Below are positions 23,975 to 36,945 of a stretch of 64,000 bases of DNA, one piece after another. The notes under the pieces are model-generated. The model was not told the DNA's origin. It saw only the letters and a program-made list of their open reading frames with translations, and made no database searches. The DNA comes from Trichodelitschia bisporula (taxonomy: Eukaryota), in the NCBI GenBank assembly GCA_010356995.1, contig ML996695.1, positions 381,061 to 445,060 of the forward strand, written 5' to 3'. Within the stretch, counting starts at the first letter, position 1. Every line of letters begins with the position of its first letter. A program made the position numbers and the translations under genes.

Positions 23975-24631
23975 CTACGGAAGGGGCGATGCTGCCGGTG
24001 GCTGGGTCTCAGAGCCGGAATGAGGCACACCGGGAGGCGGAGGGAGGAAGAGGGGAAGGTAGGTCTGCGTGGTGTAAGTAATTGAGGCCCGCCTGATTGA
24101 GCGGGCAATGGCAACTTACGACGCAAAGCGACATCATTGCCATCCCGACGGAGAAATAACCGGGGGTGCTCGCTGCACGTGTCGACGACTCGCCGAGCCA
24201 TGATTGCAGAGCAACGAGAACAGCAGACCTGAGGGTAGGTTAGTTGCCATCACCAACAGATTCAAAGGGCAGTCTCTTACCATCCGAGAATCCTAAGAAT
24301 CGGGGCATTAGACTAGTCAATTTTGCAGTAATAGGCTAGTAAACGTACTTGTTCCTGGTGACAATCTATTCAGATCTTAGCAAAATGATATATAGACACG
24401 GCACGTGGTCCACTTACCGCAATCATCGGCATGGTGGAGGCCATGGTTGCTGACATCGTTAGTTTCCAAACACTCGGAGTGAGAGGTTGCCATATTACCG
24501 GCCATGTCTCCATCCGACTCCTTGGGGGGCGGGGTGTAAGGGACGACTGCTGCCGTTAGAAATGCCTTCAGGGGATGGTAGACTGTTCACGTACCCAGGT
24601 CGGCCCGGCGCATATCCTTCCTTGATGCCAT
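23975..24631 (-). CDS. WDR83OS: Protein Asterix / PAT10 (UPF0139, PAT intramembrane chaperone subunit), 114 aa in 7 coding exons (24631-24595, 24546-24499, 24449-24418, 24365-24349, 24292-24281, 24228-24120, 24064-23975), plus a probable 5'UTR intron 24684-24827
   Basis: Six canonical introns splice with consistent phases to MASRKDMRRADLVVPYTPPPKESDGDMAATMASTMPMIAIVTRNKILGWSAVLVALQSWLGESSTRAASTPGYFSVGMAMMSLCVTYLPLFLPPPPG...*; total 345 nt. Confidence 0.9.
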
Positions 24632-25955
24632 GACTGCTGTCAAAGACGATGGTAGTGCAGAATAACTGGCAAGACAATGAGATCTGGTTTGCCTAATTAG
24701 TCCATGTGGTCGCCAGAAACACCAAATCGCAGGGGTTCAGGGCGGACAATGAGGAGCAACGTCACATGTAGTAACGTGACAGCAAATAGCGTCGACCGAG
24801 GGATGGATGAGGGTGGGATGCACTCACCGCTAGCTATCAGGCACAAGCAGAAGTTGTCACGCAAACTCAAGCGGCCAACGATAGGCTAGCTGCTTCAAAC
24901 AAGACGACGCGTGAAGAGATCCTTTGGGGTTAGGAAAAAACCGAGACGTGGGGATTCGACAGAAGGAGACGTCCGGAATTATGCGCAACTGCAGGACCAA
25001 TGGCGGAGATGGGGAGAGAGGTGCGACGTTGCGTGTTATCCGGTTGGCTGGTTGAGATCTCTTTGAACAGCAGAAGAGGAGAAGCGGAGGTGGAGGTTAC
25101 AGGTAGAGCTGGCCGCGGATTCCGGGGGCGGGCCGGGCCCCGGGGATAGGCGCGCTGATGGGGGCTGTTGGGTGCTGGGCACACTTTCGTGCGGGAAGAG
25201 CTTCTTCTCTCCGCATTCTCTCGTGGAATCTTTCCTGGCCGGCCGACTGTGCCGATATCATGTCGCCATCCTATCTCGGTCTAGCCGAGTATTCTACAGC
25301 AATATCTATCCGCCATCACGGGTAACTTATGCCAGATCAGAAGATCAACGACCCCTTCCACTCTTTCTTTAATCTGGAGTGGCAAACATGCACGGAGCCG
25401 GAAGGACTGCCGAACGTTGTCGGCTTTGCTTGCGTAATAGGAGAGACACTCGAAACATCTCCCATATCGTCATTCTAAGGGTAACAAAGTTCCCATCTTA
25501 TTTTACCCCGGAACCCAGCTCCGGACAACATCGTACCGGGCGATAGTAGTAGATGAGTAGGATGTGAGGCGAGGCTGCGATTGCTGGTGATCAGTTTCCA
25601 TTCTTGGGCGACGGAGGAATAGTAGGCTATTCTACAGTAGCCCAAAAAGCTCTCCAACTATGTAACATCATGCCTTTGAAGGCTGTGAATACTGGAGTCA
25701 ACCGATTTTATCACTCTGTCCCTTTACCCACAGTGGAGTATCGTAGCTCCACTCAACGGCTGACCCTACCCAAGCGGCTGGCTTGGTGACAGAATCATTA
25801 CGAATGTAGTCAAGGCTCCAAAGGGAGAGGAGAGTAGACAGAAGAAGAGGCAGTGAAGACGCCTTTGGGATCCGATGAGGCCGCCAAGAAGCCAGGTCAA
25901 GGTTGCGCCTGTCACGCCTGTTCCTAATCCACTCCACACCCGCCCGCCCACGACG

Positions 25956-25983
25956 CCCCCCCCCCCCCCCCCCCCCCCCCCCC
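25956..25983. repeat. C28 homopolymer upstream of MED12
   Basis: Uninterrupted C run. Confidence 0.95.
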
Positions 25984-26328
25984 AGTCGATCATCACCGGC
26001 ACCCAAGCAGCGAGTGTGATCCATCCAGAGTCCAACCATCACCCACTGCGACCCTGCCACTGCAGTTGTGGTAGTGCTGCCTTTTGGCGTCCAGCTTTTT
26101 GTCCTTACTATCTTCAAACTGTCAGACTTCTTTCTTGCTTGCCTTCGCCCCTTGGTCAGCACTGTCAGCGATTGTCGCAGCAGCAGCCGCTCCTCTCGCC
26201 CTCACCCCCCAACCAAAAGCTGGGACTCAGCCGAATGGCATGTCCGCAAATCAGCCGATGACCGCCCCAGTATCTCTTGGAACTCCATCACAACCTCCAT
26301 CCCGATCATGCTCGGGCCCGCCTAGGTT

Positions 26329-29300
26329 ATGACGTCTCGTTCTGCTGGGGGAATACACCAGATTCCCCAGCCGCGCATCGCGGGCGACTTGCGACCGACC
26401 GGGCGTCAGCGCGTGTCGGCTGCGGCTGCGCAACCCAACTCCCTACCGAACAACACACGAAATCATAAGTTGGCTATCGACCTCACTTCCAGTAGCCCTG
26501 AAGACTCTGTGACCCCTTCGGGGGGCGGCGTGAAAGGGGCTCTGGGGCAGTCTGGGCTGGAGTCACCGCGCCACTATGGAGGAGGGAAGCCGCAGCTGCA
26601 TGGCCACCACGAGGTCGCAACCCCGCGAAGCGCTGTTGGGGATCGAGCGACTTCGGCATTCGCTGCCAACATATCATTTCCACCACGTCCGGGACATTAC
26701 ATACCAGATTGCACGGCTCAACCGGTTTGGACCCCGACCGGCGCCGGGACGACGACGAAGGTGGACTGTAAAAACTTCACTCTTGAGACGCCATCGGCGG
26801 CAGTCGTCTACCCACAAAACAGTGAGTTGCGCCGTGCCATAGGGAGGGTGACAAGCAAGAGGCTAATGCGACCTTTTAGAGCCGGCAGACTTCAGTCCAT
26901 GGACTGGAAACCACCCCGAGGATAACCTGTCCGAGCAAACAATAAAGTCTGGCTACCAAAACAAGCCGCTCATCGCAAGCGAAGCGAACACTGCGAGAGT
27001 GTCCCTTTGGTCGCCACTTAAGAACAAATCGGGCCTCCAGACACTGTCATCGTTGTTTGTCACGATCCTAGAAAAGAGGCAAACAGCAGGCCGTTTGACG
27101 GCTCCATCAACCTTCAAACCCCCACCCCGTGTTGCCCTAACCACTACGAAACGCGAAGCCTGGTTGCGCGACCTCGCAAACCCGGCGATTGCGCTTCGCC
27201 GGCTGAACAGGACTGTCCCATACAATGTCAGCGGCAAAGTCTTACTGGAGCAATGCCTGTCCAAGAACGTGCCCACCTCCCGTGCCGTATGGTTGGCCAA
27301 ATGTATTGGCGCAAACGAGCTGCGAGGCTTCAAGAGAAAAGGAGCGAGTGGGGGTGCAGGCTTAAACGGAGAAGTCAAGTGGGTGCGCGAGTGGACCGCC
27401 GCTGTAGAACAGTTCGTTGAAAGCACAGCCGGAAACTGCGGCGAGGAGGGTTGGAAAGCGAAGATGGTATATGTGTATGCACCCTTGGTCCCTCTCGTAT
27501 CTGCCCTAGCTAACAAGCGGAAGAACTCGCCTCGCGTCTCACCTCTTCGCCGAGCAACTTCTAGACCATGAGCATTTTCTGGACTGGCTTATTTCTACCT
27601 TCGAAACCAGCACGCTCGACCGGCTGCCGTTGTGGATTATTCAGATCCAGATCTATTGGAAGAAATTGGTATCGAACCGCCGGCGCGGCCGAAGGCTTGC
27701 CGAGTGCCTGTTTGCTCACTTGAATACTGTAAGTTTCTCGCGTCAGTTGGTGCCTCGGGACTCACATTGGTACAGGCCTCGGAAGACGGCAATGAACTGC
27801 TGGCGCCCATCTTCCAACGGATACAGTTATTGCTCACCACACTGGCCGTTGCACATAGCGGTTGCTTGATTCTTCCGAAAATATGGGAGAAATACAAGCA
27901 TTTGCTGGACACAGTGCCGGCTAACTCCGATAGTCTCGACTTCCTCGGGGCGATACAGACCGTCCGTATGCGCAATGAGCGCCTGGGATCACCTTCATAT
28001 TTCGCCGCCCATGAGGCAGATATCTCCCCCGGCAGAAAAGTCCTCGATATCCTTGACAATGCCGGCGTGGAAATCTCCATCAACGCGCTTGCATCCCGAT
28101 GCCTCAACCATATCAGCGACATCAGTCGTCTGGTGCCTGTCATTCTTCAGTGGTCCTCGTCTATCTACCGCGAAGGGGCGCACCGGATATACATCGCGGC
28201 TCGCCTTCTGAGAAGGTACAAATCGCTCAATGGTGACATTGAAACCGCAATCATCACTTTCGTATCCGAGATGCAAGAGGGACAAGGCGTCGATGCTGCC
28301 AATATCTTCAGGGTCGTTGCCGAACTTGTCCGCTCGAAGCACTTTTCGGTCAGCCACTTTTTGCGATCTCTGGTTGCAACAGGCGCTCTGCTCGGCAGTC
28401 AACAGTCATCCAAACATTTGGTTGCTCTGCTGACTGATCTCCCAGTTGATGACCTACCCGAACACATTTCGAACCTGCGCTTAATACTTTTGAACAAGGC
28501 TGGTCACGATGGCTTCAAGGAATCCGAAAAAGTGGGCCGTATCCAACGGACCGTCAACTCTTGCTGCATGGCTACGTCGAAGGCGATGCCCCGCCTCTAC
28601 CAGGAGCTGGATCAGTCACTCCGCGATCTTAGCTTGTGCTGCAAGCTTGAGCTATCCAAGTATCTTAGGCAGCGGCTAATATTGCACATGCAGGAGCCTC
28701 GGGCTGGCGAGCCAGAGTGCACAGTCACTGCTCAAGAATTCTTCATCATCCGAGATATTGTTGAGCAGTTCTGCGACTACACAATGCTTGCAGATATCGC
28801 CGGGATTGGATTGACGTCTAGCAATACCGAAGTTCTCACCTCCGTGGTCGAAATCCTCAGCTTCCGGCACCATGTGCTTGCAGCCATCGGGGCGCTGAGG
28901 CCATTGCTGGAGAAGACAATTTCGCGGTACCAGTCCCTCCGCCTTTTGACACCTTTGAGTAAGGCATTTCTTCTGTCGCTGGTGGAAGTCTCTCGGATCT
29001 TGAGCCTCGATCCGCAGCTACAGATCCAACTCTCCTACGATATTTCACGGTCAGAGGCGAAGGGCGTTGCCATGTGCTCACCGGCGTCGGACAATGCAGC
29101 CGAGGTGCTCCAGACGACAGGCGACTCGGACGAAGCGCTAGAGCGCATTCTTTCGAGTGGAACGACGATGGACGAGCAAAGCATGACTCGTGTTTTCAAG
29201 AAGATCACAGCTCGACTCGAAGAAGAATCTCAGGCGCCGTACCCAACTCGCCTTGGAGGTCTGTTCTGTCGCCTTCGAGCTTTCGATGAAGCTGGTTTCG

Positions 29301-31158
29301 ATGGCATGCAACACAAATGGCTGTCTCAGCTGCTCAGCAGTCCAAATCGATCCCTGTGCAGATATTATCTACCAGCTCTCATAGGAGCTGGCTGTCTGAC
29401 CATGGCTGGATTCCTCCAAGCGGCAAACGAGGCACAGAGTCAAGTCGCAGAGACAGACAATGACGCAAGAGTCGGCATTGAACTTGAGGTTCTGGAGGCC
29501 TTCCTCCCGAAACCGACAACCATATTTGAGAGCACTCCGGTATGCGGACAGGGCTCATCCGAGGTATACGTTGCTGAGTCGCAACAGGACGTGTACCGCT
29601 ATAGGATCAAAGCACGGCAGTTTGTCTCTGTTAACCGGTTCGCGGTCTTTCAGCGCCTGCGGCAGACAATCGATCTTTGCCAGAGCGGTACTGTCCCAAG
29701 CTGCAGTCTTCGGATGGGCATGCTGCTTATCAATCCCGCTTTGATGTCGCTGCTGAAGGACACTGCCATTAACTCGAGGGACGTGCTTATGGATTCGTTG
29801 TTCCTACCCGCTTCTTCGACGGATAGCAACACTCCGTCCATGACGAAGCAGATATTGGACCGACTTCTGGATCCTTTCGGCCGACTTGGTTCATATTCCT
29901 CCCTCAATTCTTGTTGCGGTCTAACATGTACAGGATTCTCAACACTTTCGCGGCAAAATCAGATAATCCGCCTCGTGGAAATCGCGGATGATCTTTCGTT
30001 CCCGTTTTGTGAAATGCAAGTTCGCTACCTCCTCGCGCCTGGCTCCGAAGCTCTTGGAATGGGCGTGGGTCTAGCACCATCCCTTTTTGCCGCGATATGC
30101 GGAGCAATGGACGAGGACCGATGTGTCTGGGCGGAAATCATCTCGAGCTTAAGCTCTGACGTGGCCCTCAAGGTACGTCTGTTTCGTATCATCTTTTTCG
30201 TGTCTAACGCCCGCAGATCCGCGAGCATGCTGAGGTGGACATATTGGCTATCGTCACCGACGTCATGCGAAAGATGTCCGTTCCTGATACTGATAGGGAA
30301 CTGATCAGTCCCACCATGGATTCTTCCTTGTTGAAGAAGTACCTACGTGTGGTTGACTCTACTAGCAAGTCGGTCTCTAGTGACTGCGCTCCCCGGATCG
30401 CTGCAGCCTTTGCGGAGAAGCTTAAAGTCATTGTGTACAATCTCAGCGCATCCGAACCGGGGGACCGTGCGGCCGTCAACGAGACTCCCGAGATGCTCAG
30501 ACGGTCGGTTGCCAAATCCACCCAAGCCTGTAATTGGTACGTATCTCGGTCAGCAGTTATTCGAAGGCTGATCATCGATAGCATTGAAGCGTTACTCCAC
30601 CTTTTGACCATTCATAAGGACTCGTTCTGGAAAACGAACCCCAGCGTTGCTGGCCAGGCGACCCTGATGTCGACTCTCTGCTCGCTGCTTACCAATCCAG
30701 AACTGCAGCGATTCCCCTCAACCGTCGAACGCGTCTTTGACGTCGCATCATACTTCTCCGATGACCTACCGGATAACCTGCGCATGAGCCTAGCCAAGAT
30801 CGAGGGTACCAAGCATTGTAATGACCCTAGAATCGCCTTTCTGTTTGGATCGGCTCAGAACCCGGATGATTGGCTTGGATTGATCACCAGCGCTACCGGC
30901 TACGCCTCGTCAGCTGGACCTTCTGCTGCACTGGTTCCGGCCGCTCGTACCCCGACCGGCCAGTTGCAGCAGAGGCAGCAGCAAATCCTCCGAACGGCGC
31001 CAGCCCAGCGTCCAGGTGCTAGCCCGAGTCAGATGCACTTCAACCCTCCGGTCCCGTTTCCGCTTAGACGGTGGGAGCTGCTGCCTGACCAAAGCAACAA
31101 CACAAGCGGAAATGATACCCCCATCAGTCTCAGCCTCTTCAAGGCGAGGAAGGTGTGA
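26329..31158 (+). CDS. SRB8: Mediator kinase-module subunit 12 (about 8 exons)
   Basis: ADFSPWTGNHPED after intron 26822-26879, FKPPPRVALTTTKREAWLRDLANP, VPTSRAVWLAKCIGANELR, CSPASD, and C-terminal PFPLRRWELL...NDTPISLSLFKAR. Confidence 0.92.
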
Positions 31159-31646
31159 AGAGATACCCCGGAACGGATGGTCAAGCTTTGGAGACTCACT
31201 TCGGAAATCGGCACTTAGCGGGCTGGATGGTCTTGGACGGTGTTTTTGTACATCTGCGGGAGTTTCGGAGAATTGATAGCATTTGTTACGGTGTACATGG
31301 GCATGTTATTTGTAGGAATTGTTTGATTCGTGATTTACCGGGAACGCTGCACAGGGGCATGAGGGGCACGATGCCATGCTGGATGCTGACATATTACGAT
31401 ATGGGGTGCAAATGCCAGGAAACAGGTTTCCACTACTCTTAGTTAGGGTCTGCTTGTACTTGATTATCCTTAGATACCCCTCGGGCACTTGGGTTGAGGT
31501 TATGGTGGTCATGCAGTTTTGGATCGATCTGGGCTCGGCCAATCGTTTCGCCGAGCTCTTGACTGCTGATGCTTCGTGAACATTTGCTCTTGAACCACCA
31601 ACTCCACTCTCAACTCCCATTGTCAGCAGAGCTCTCGCCATACACC

Positions 31647-33377
31647 ATGTCCCTCCACACCACCCTAAGACCAGCAATGCGCCCCCTCCGCCCCCCCCTC
31701 CTCCGCCTCCGCCCTGCCAAATCCCGCCGCTTCACCTACACCCCCCCGCACCACCACCACAGCTGCCCCCCCACCAGACCGCAACTCGCCTTCCTCGCGC
31801 TTCCCTCCCGGCGCCTTCCCCGAACTACCTACCCGGGACACTGGCATCTCTCGCGGCTGCTAAGCACAGAAACTAAACGCTTCCTCCAAGAACAGGCCTG
31901 GCAGGGCGGGAAATGGACGCTCTACGGGAGTATCCTGACGGCCCTGGGACTGGCCTGGGCGTTCGCGCTGACGCACGAGTTGCTCGAGCGCGAGTTTCCT
32001 ACACCGCCGGAGTGGAGCTTTTTCAGCCGTCTTGCTGCGCATTGTGCGCGCGCGCAGCAGGTGCCTCAAGCGACAAGGTACGGCGTCACGGAGTGGGGTA
32101 TCGTGGGGCGGGCATATGACAAGCTCGTCTCCCGATTAGAAGACGCGAGCGTAGATGGCGTAGGCCTGGTGTCCCTAGGCGTAGTCCCCGGCGTCGAGGC
32201 CCAGGCATGGGACGTTACGGGCAAGAGCACGGCGTGGCGGGCGGGGTACTTCGATGCGCTGATGGGGCAAGCGAAAGCAGCAGAGCACCTCGACGGGCGT
32301 GTGCTGGACGTAACCCGCAGCTTCGTGTTCCCAGCCGAATACGTCATCGGGCCGTCGAACCCTAGCCCGAAACCGTGTCCGCCGTGGCGCCCCTCGCCGC
32401 CGCTGGAGGAGAACTGTGTGCCGGCCTATGCGCCGCCGGAGACGTTTTACCTGAAGATTCTGATGACGGGCGGGTTCACCACACGCCAGCGCATCCAGGC
32501 GGCGCTGGCGTATGGAGAATGGCTTGATTTTAAGGGCGTGCATGGCGCGGCGGAGGAGATGTTCCGCTGGGGGCTGGATATTGCGAGTGAGAAGCTGGAC
32601 GACCCCGGTGCCACTATCGACAAGGCCTCGGCTACGATCTGTGCTCGCGCGCCGGTTGTAACCGAGAATGTTCTCGCGGCGGTGACCGGACTCGGCGTGC
32701 ACTTCGCGCAGACGGGCGACATGGTCGCCGCACTGCCTATCTTCCTCTCGGTGCTAAGAGCACGCCGCGCCGCGCCGTTAGACCCGGCTGCCGGTGCTGG
32801 ACGGGAGAAACCCCGCGCCCCTCCGCCACGCACGGATATCGATTCTATGAAATACTACGGCGCGCTTGCGCTCAGCCTGTTCAAGGCGGTGGAGTACCCG
32901 GCACCTCCACCATCGGGGGACGATCCCCTCATGCGGACGCCGCGGGATGAGTGCGATGACGCGACGCTCATGACGTATATCGGGGAGATATTATATGCGG
33001 GGAAGGATGCGGAGGCGGGAGTGCAGTGGACGCGGGAGGCGCTAGAGACGGCGGAGAAGGTGGCGGGACAACTGGCGGTGCAGGATGGGAAGAGGGAGAA
33101 GTGTCGCGAGTGTTTGGATGTTGGGATTGAGAATTGGAGGGCTATGGTTGAGGGGAGGGTTGCGCTGTTGGAGGAGGGGGGGGAGGAGAAGGAGAAGAAG
33201 GGCTGGTTTGGGTTAGGGGCGAAGGGGAAGGATGTGGAGAGGGAGAGGGAAAGGTGGAGGGAGATGGAGGGGGATATTGAGGCGTTCCGGGAGAGGGTTA
33301 GACGGACGGGGTTGTTGGAGAAGGTGGAGAGGGAGGGGAGGCCTATTTGGGGGACGTGGTTGACGCTGCTGTTTTGA
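31647..33377 (+). CDS. Fungal hypothetical protein, predicted mitochondrial, single TM, helical C-terminus
   Basis: Intronless ORF with an Arg-rich presequence, TM segment TLYGSILTALGLAWAFAL, and motifs EREFPTPPEWSF and WRAGYFDALMG. Confidence 0.75.
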   Translation: MSLHTTLRPAMRPLRPPLLRLRPAKSRRFTYTPPHHHHSCPPTRPQLAFLALPSRRLPRTTYPGHWHLSRLLSTETKRFLQEQAWQGGKWTLYGSILTALGLAWAFALTHELLEREFPTPPEWSFFSRLAAHCARAQQVPQATRYGVTEWGIVGRAYDKLVSRLEDASVDGVGLVSLGVVPGVEAQAWDVTGKSTAWRAGYFDALMGQAKAAEHLDGRVLDVTRSFVFPAEYVIGPSNPSPKPCPPWRPSPPLEENCVPAYAPPETFYLKILMTGGFTTRQRIQAALAYGEWLDFKGVHGAAEEMFRWGLDIASEKLDDPGATIDKASATICARAPVVTENVLAAVTGLGVHFAQTGDMVAALPIFLSVLRARRAAPLDPAAGAGREKPRAPPPRTDIDSMKYYGALALSLFKAVEYPAPPPSGDDPLMRTPRDECDDATLMTYIGEILYAGKDAEAGVQWTREALETAEKVAGQLAVQDGKREKCRECLDVGIENWRAMVEGRVALLEEGGEEKEKKGWFGLGAKGKDVERERERWREMEGDIEAFRERVRRTGLLEKVEREGRPIWGTWLTLLF

Positions 33378-33605
33378 TGCAGCTGTAATTACCTGTAAGA
33401 ACAGAATTGGTCCGATATCAGGGCCTTGCGGGCGTGGAATTGGGCATTGAGATACCGAATCGGGAGAGGCGGATTTCACAGGCATCGATTACACCGCACA
33501 TGCGTAATAAAGTGAAGACGTTCCCATTCTGGCGCACGCTACGCTACAGACCTTGAACACCGAACGCCAAAGCCTAAAGCATGCATGAGAGGAAGATCAG
33601 AGCAG

Positions 33606-36178
33606 CTACTCGCCCTCCGAGCTCGTGCTAGAGCTAGAGGAGTCAGAGTCCTCCACATCCTCGCGCTGCTCCTCATTCCGGTCCTCCTCCCTCTTGCCCA
33701 TCCACACAACATTGTTTAGGAACTCCGCATCATCGAGCTCAACGGACATAGGTCCGTCAGCGCGCTCAAAATGCTCCAGTTCATCCTTGGCCAGTTCGTA
33801 CAGATCAGATATGTCCGTGCCGTCTGTCTTCCCAGCCTTGATCCGATCCTTGATGGTCACCAGCTGGTCAAAAAAACCATCGTAAATGTTCGGGCGCACA
33901 TAATCCAGCAGCGCAGGGGCATGCTTGGCGTTGATGCAGAAAATACCCTCGCAGCGTGTCGCCGCAATGATGATTACCGCCAGGAGGAACGCGCGCGATG
34001 GATTCTTCTCACGAGACAAGTCCTTCAGCATGTCCTTGAGCCGCACGAGCTTAGCATTGACCAACGCCGGGCTCTTGAGGTAGTGGATATGAAGCTTGTT
34101 GTGGAACCTATGCAAGGATTCCCACACCTTCATGTTGCGGGTTGCCAGATGGGCTTCGAGCTTCTCGACCGCATGAACGATCGGGTAGCTCCGAACCATC
34201 TTCTTGGCCTTGGCTTTCTCGAGAGCGCGGGGGATCAAGTCATTGCGGATGTACGATTCCTGCGAGCTGAGGAACTTGTCGGAGAACTTGAATTGTTGGT
34301 CATTGATCGCGGTGGCGGCGAGTTGTACCAGCCCGGTGACCCGTGGTTGCCAGTAACCCAAGAAGAGACTCAGGGCGGCTTTGTCTTGTTCCTCGCACGC
34401 CTCCTTCATGGCTGACTGACTGAGCTCGGGAAGACCAAGCTCCGGCTGAGCCCAAAGCAAGTCTATCAAACGCTGCGACGGGCGTGTGGTAACACTGTGC
34501 TCTTTGTCTGACCGTACGACAGAGTACTTGAGCGGGTGGAAGACAACCAACCCCAAAGACTCGGTGGCAATGTTTTCAGCTGCGAAGAGGCTCTTGAGAT
34601 GCGAGACGAGCCTCTTGCTCATGTGGCGGGTAACGCGAACACCCTTTGAAGCCTTCGCTTCCCACATGGACACACCCCAGTGTTTGGCGGTGGTGCGCAC
34701 ATAGTTGATGAAGCGATCGACCCACACCTGGGGCACCACGAACTCCTCCAAAACAATGAAGTCATTATACTTCTCCAATCCTAAGGAAACCGTCTCGGCC
34801 GATAAGGCGAACTTTGAGCAACGAAGTGACCGGAGCTTGTTTACAATGATCAGGCGCATCTTTTCTCCCGCGTGGTGTGGAAGCGGGTTCAGAAACTCCT
34901 GTAGGTAGGTCAGTTGCGCACATATGCTCCGAAGAAAGTTTGACAAACCTTGAGCTCCAGTGCCTTGGACTCCTTGAACAGTGCGTTGGCGCTCTCGGCC
35001 AACCACGCGTCCAGGTACGCTTCGGACACGAGAGTGCCCGATATGATCCTCAACGAGGAAGTCCGTCGATCCTCTGGCAGCGTCTCCACTAAGGCCTTAG
35101 CCGCCCTCTCGTCGCGGTCGAGGAAGTAAATCCTTCCCGCAACTAAGGCCTGAAGCATGTCCGCCATTTCGTCGTAAGTTACCTCACCAGGGACAAAGGT
35201 AAGTGGAGTGCCGGCAGTCCAACGACCACACTCATCAGCCTTCTCCATATCATTCGGGATCAGCTGCTTAAGGATGATGATCGCCTTCTCGCCCGTCAGA
35301 CCGTACAATTCCTGCAAAGTCCAAGACGCAGGCCTATATAATTAGCCATGTCCCAGTATGAGGATCTAGTTATGAAGGAAGCACGTACTTCTTGTCGGCA
35401 ATTGCGTCGGCAATCTTCTTGCTACCTTCAGCTTTGAAGCGCTCGTAGAGGTCCACTGTCGTGGCGACAGTGCACTCCGTTTCCTCATCGGAATAAAAAT
35501 TGAGCCACATCAATGCCTGTTCCATCGTCCTTTGGGCTAACCAGAGGGGCCTGATGCTGGATTCCTTGATGTCATACGTCATGCTGACGTCGTTCAGGTC
35601 CACAAACCCCTTTGCGGCGAACTTGCGGATGTGACGTGCGACTTCAAGCTTACGAGGGCTACGTAGGGGTCAGCTGTATATCGGACTGAGAGCGAAGGGC
35701 TTACTTTGAAAGCAGCATCTTGCCGTCGCGACTGGTGACGAAGCCCTTCGCCAGACGGAGCAAGACATCATGTTCGACATGCCAGTGATCTGCGACATCC
35801 GTAACAGATATCTGAAAGCGCCCCTTGGAGTCTGTGTCGTCTTCAACTGTCTGATCTTCAACTGTGTTAGCGGAGCTATACCGATATTGTGTAGAGACAT
35901 ACCGATCGGTGCGGGTAATACGGAAATTGGATGGGGCACTTTTATGATTGGATACCTTCATTCTCGACCAAATGGTCAAGGCGCTGGATCAGCTGGCTAC
36001 ACGAGTAGAAGCCATCGCCCGTGGTGCGTGGAACCAGAGGAATGACCTCTTCACCATCCTCGTATTCGACCTCGGCAAGCGGGAAGCGCTTGACGTAGTT
36101 CGCGACGTCTAATTGAGAAAAGCTCGGCACGCAATCAGTAACCGGGAGCGAGATCTCGGGTGAGGGTGAGAAAGGCAT
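33606..36178 (-). CDS. Divergent UFL1 (E3 UFM1-protein ligase 1)-like protein, 5 exons
   Basis: Four GT-AG introns join the ORFs 35942-36283, 35701-35979, 35370-35603, 34910-35317 and 33606-35006. Winged-helix-like motifs GRFQISVTDVADHWHVE and GFVDLNDVSMTYDI; C-terminal NPSRAFLLAVIIIA..EGIFCINAKHAPALLDYV. The gene is well supported; the UFL1 identity is an inference. Confidence 0.62.
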
Positions 36179-36483
36179 TTTACAGGGACAACAATTGTGT
36201 TTGCAGAAGTAAGGTGTTGAAAGAGGAAGAAGTTGGAGAGTAGAACTAAATGGAGTTGACATGTTACCATTGTCGATGCGCACGGGCCACGGGCTATAGA
36301 TTTCCCGGGAGAGTTGTTTCTGTCAGCAAATCAGCGGGCGAAATGCGGAAGTGCCAAGCGCCGTATCGACAACGTCCAGCGCTTCTTTGCTGTCCCGGCT
36401 TCACTCGGCCAAAGTCTAGAGAATAAACGTGTGGCCTTGATCCTTCGACCACCCCTCAATCAAACACAAGAACAGGCGACGAG

Positions 36484-36945
36484 ATGGCCCAGTTCCGTGC
36501 GAATCGCCTCGATCTGGGCTGCTTCATCAACAAGTTCGTCATCCGAGACCACACCAAGCGCAAGGTTTTTACCGAGTATGAGACGGAGAGGTATGCTTTC
36601 AAAGCCATTGATCTTTGTCACACTATTTCTAGGGCTCATGGCTAACCATGACAAACAGGCAAGCTCTCCGGTACATCATCCGTAACACCACGCTGCCGCA
36701 GCGCATGCGCGCTTCCGCGCAACTGAAGCTCTCGCAAATGCATTGCTACACCCGACCCACGCAGATCCACAATCGGTGCTTGATGGGCGGAAAGGGTCGC
36801 GGTGTGTTTAGAGATTTTAGGATGGCAAGGGTAAGTTCCCTGTCATGGTTTGTAGCGGTATATACTGACGCCGGTTTGAAAGTATCAATTCCGTGTCAAC
36901 GCGCTCGAAGGAAATATCCCCGGCGTCAAGAAAGCCAGTTGGTAA
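36484..36945 (+). CDS. MRP2: Mitochondrial ribosomal protein uS14m (introns 36591-36658, 36831-36882)
   Basis: IRDHTKRK..ETER|QALRYIIRNTTLP...IHNRCLMGGKGRG..FRMAR|YQFR..ALEGNIPGVKKASW*. Confidence 0.95.

Noticed and set aside
9519..36178. Apparent cluster of ER-related genes (SelK-like, EOS1, Asterix, UFL1-like)
   Set aside because: Interspersed with unrelated housekeeping genes over 27 kb and no shared regulatory motif seen; probably coincidental.
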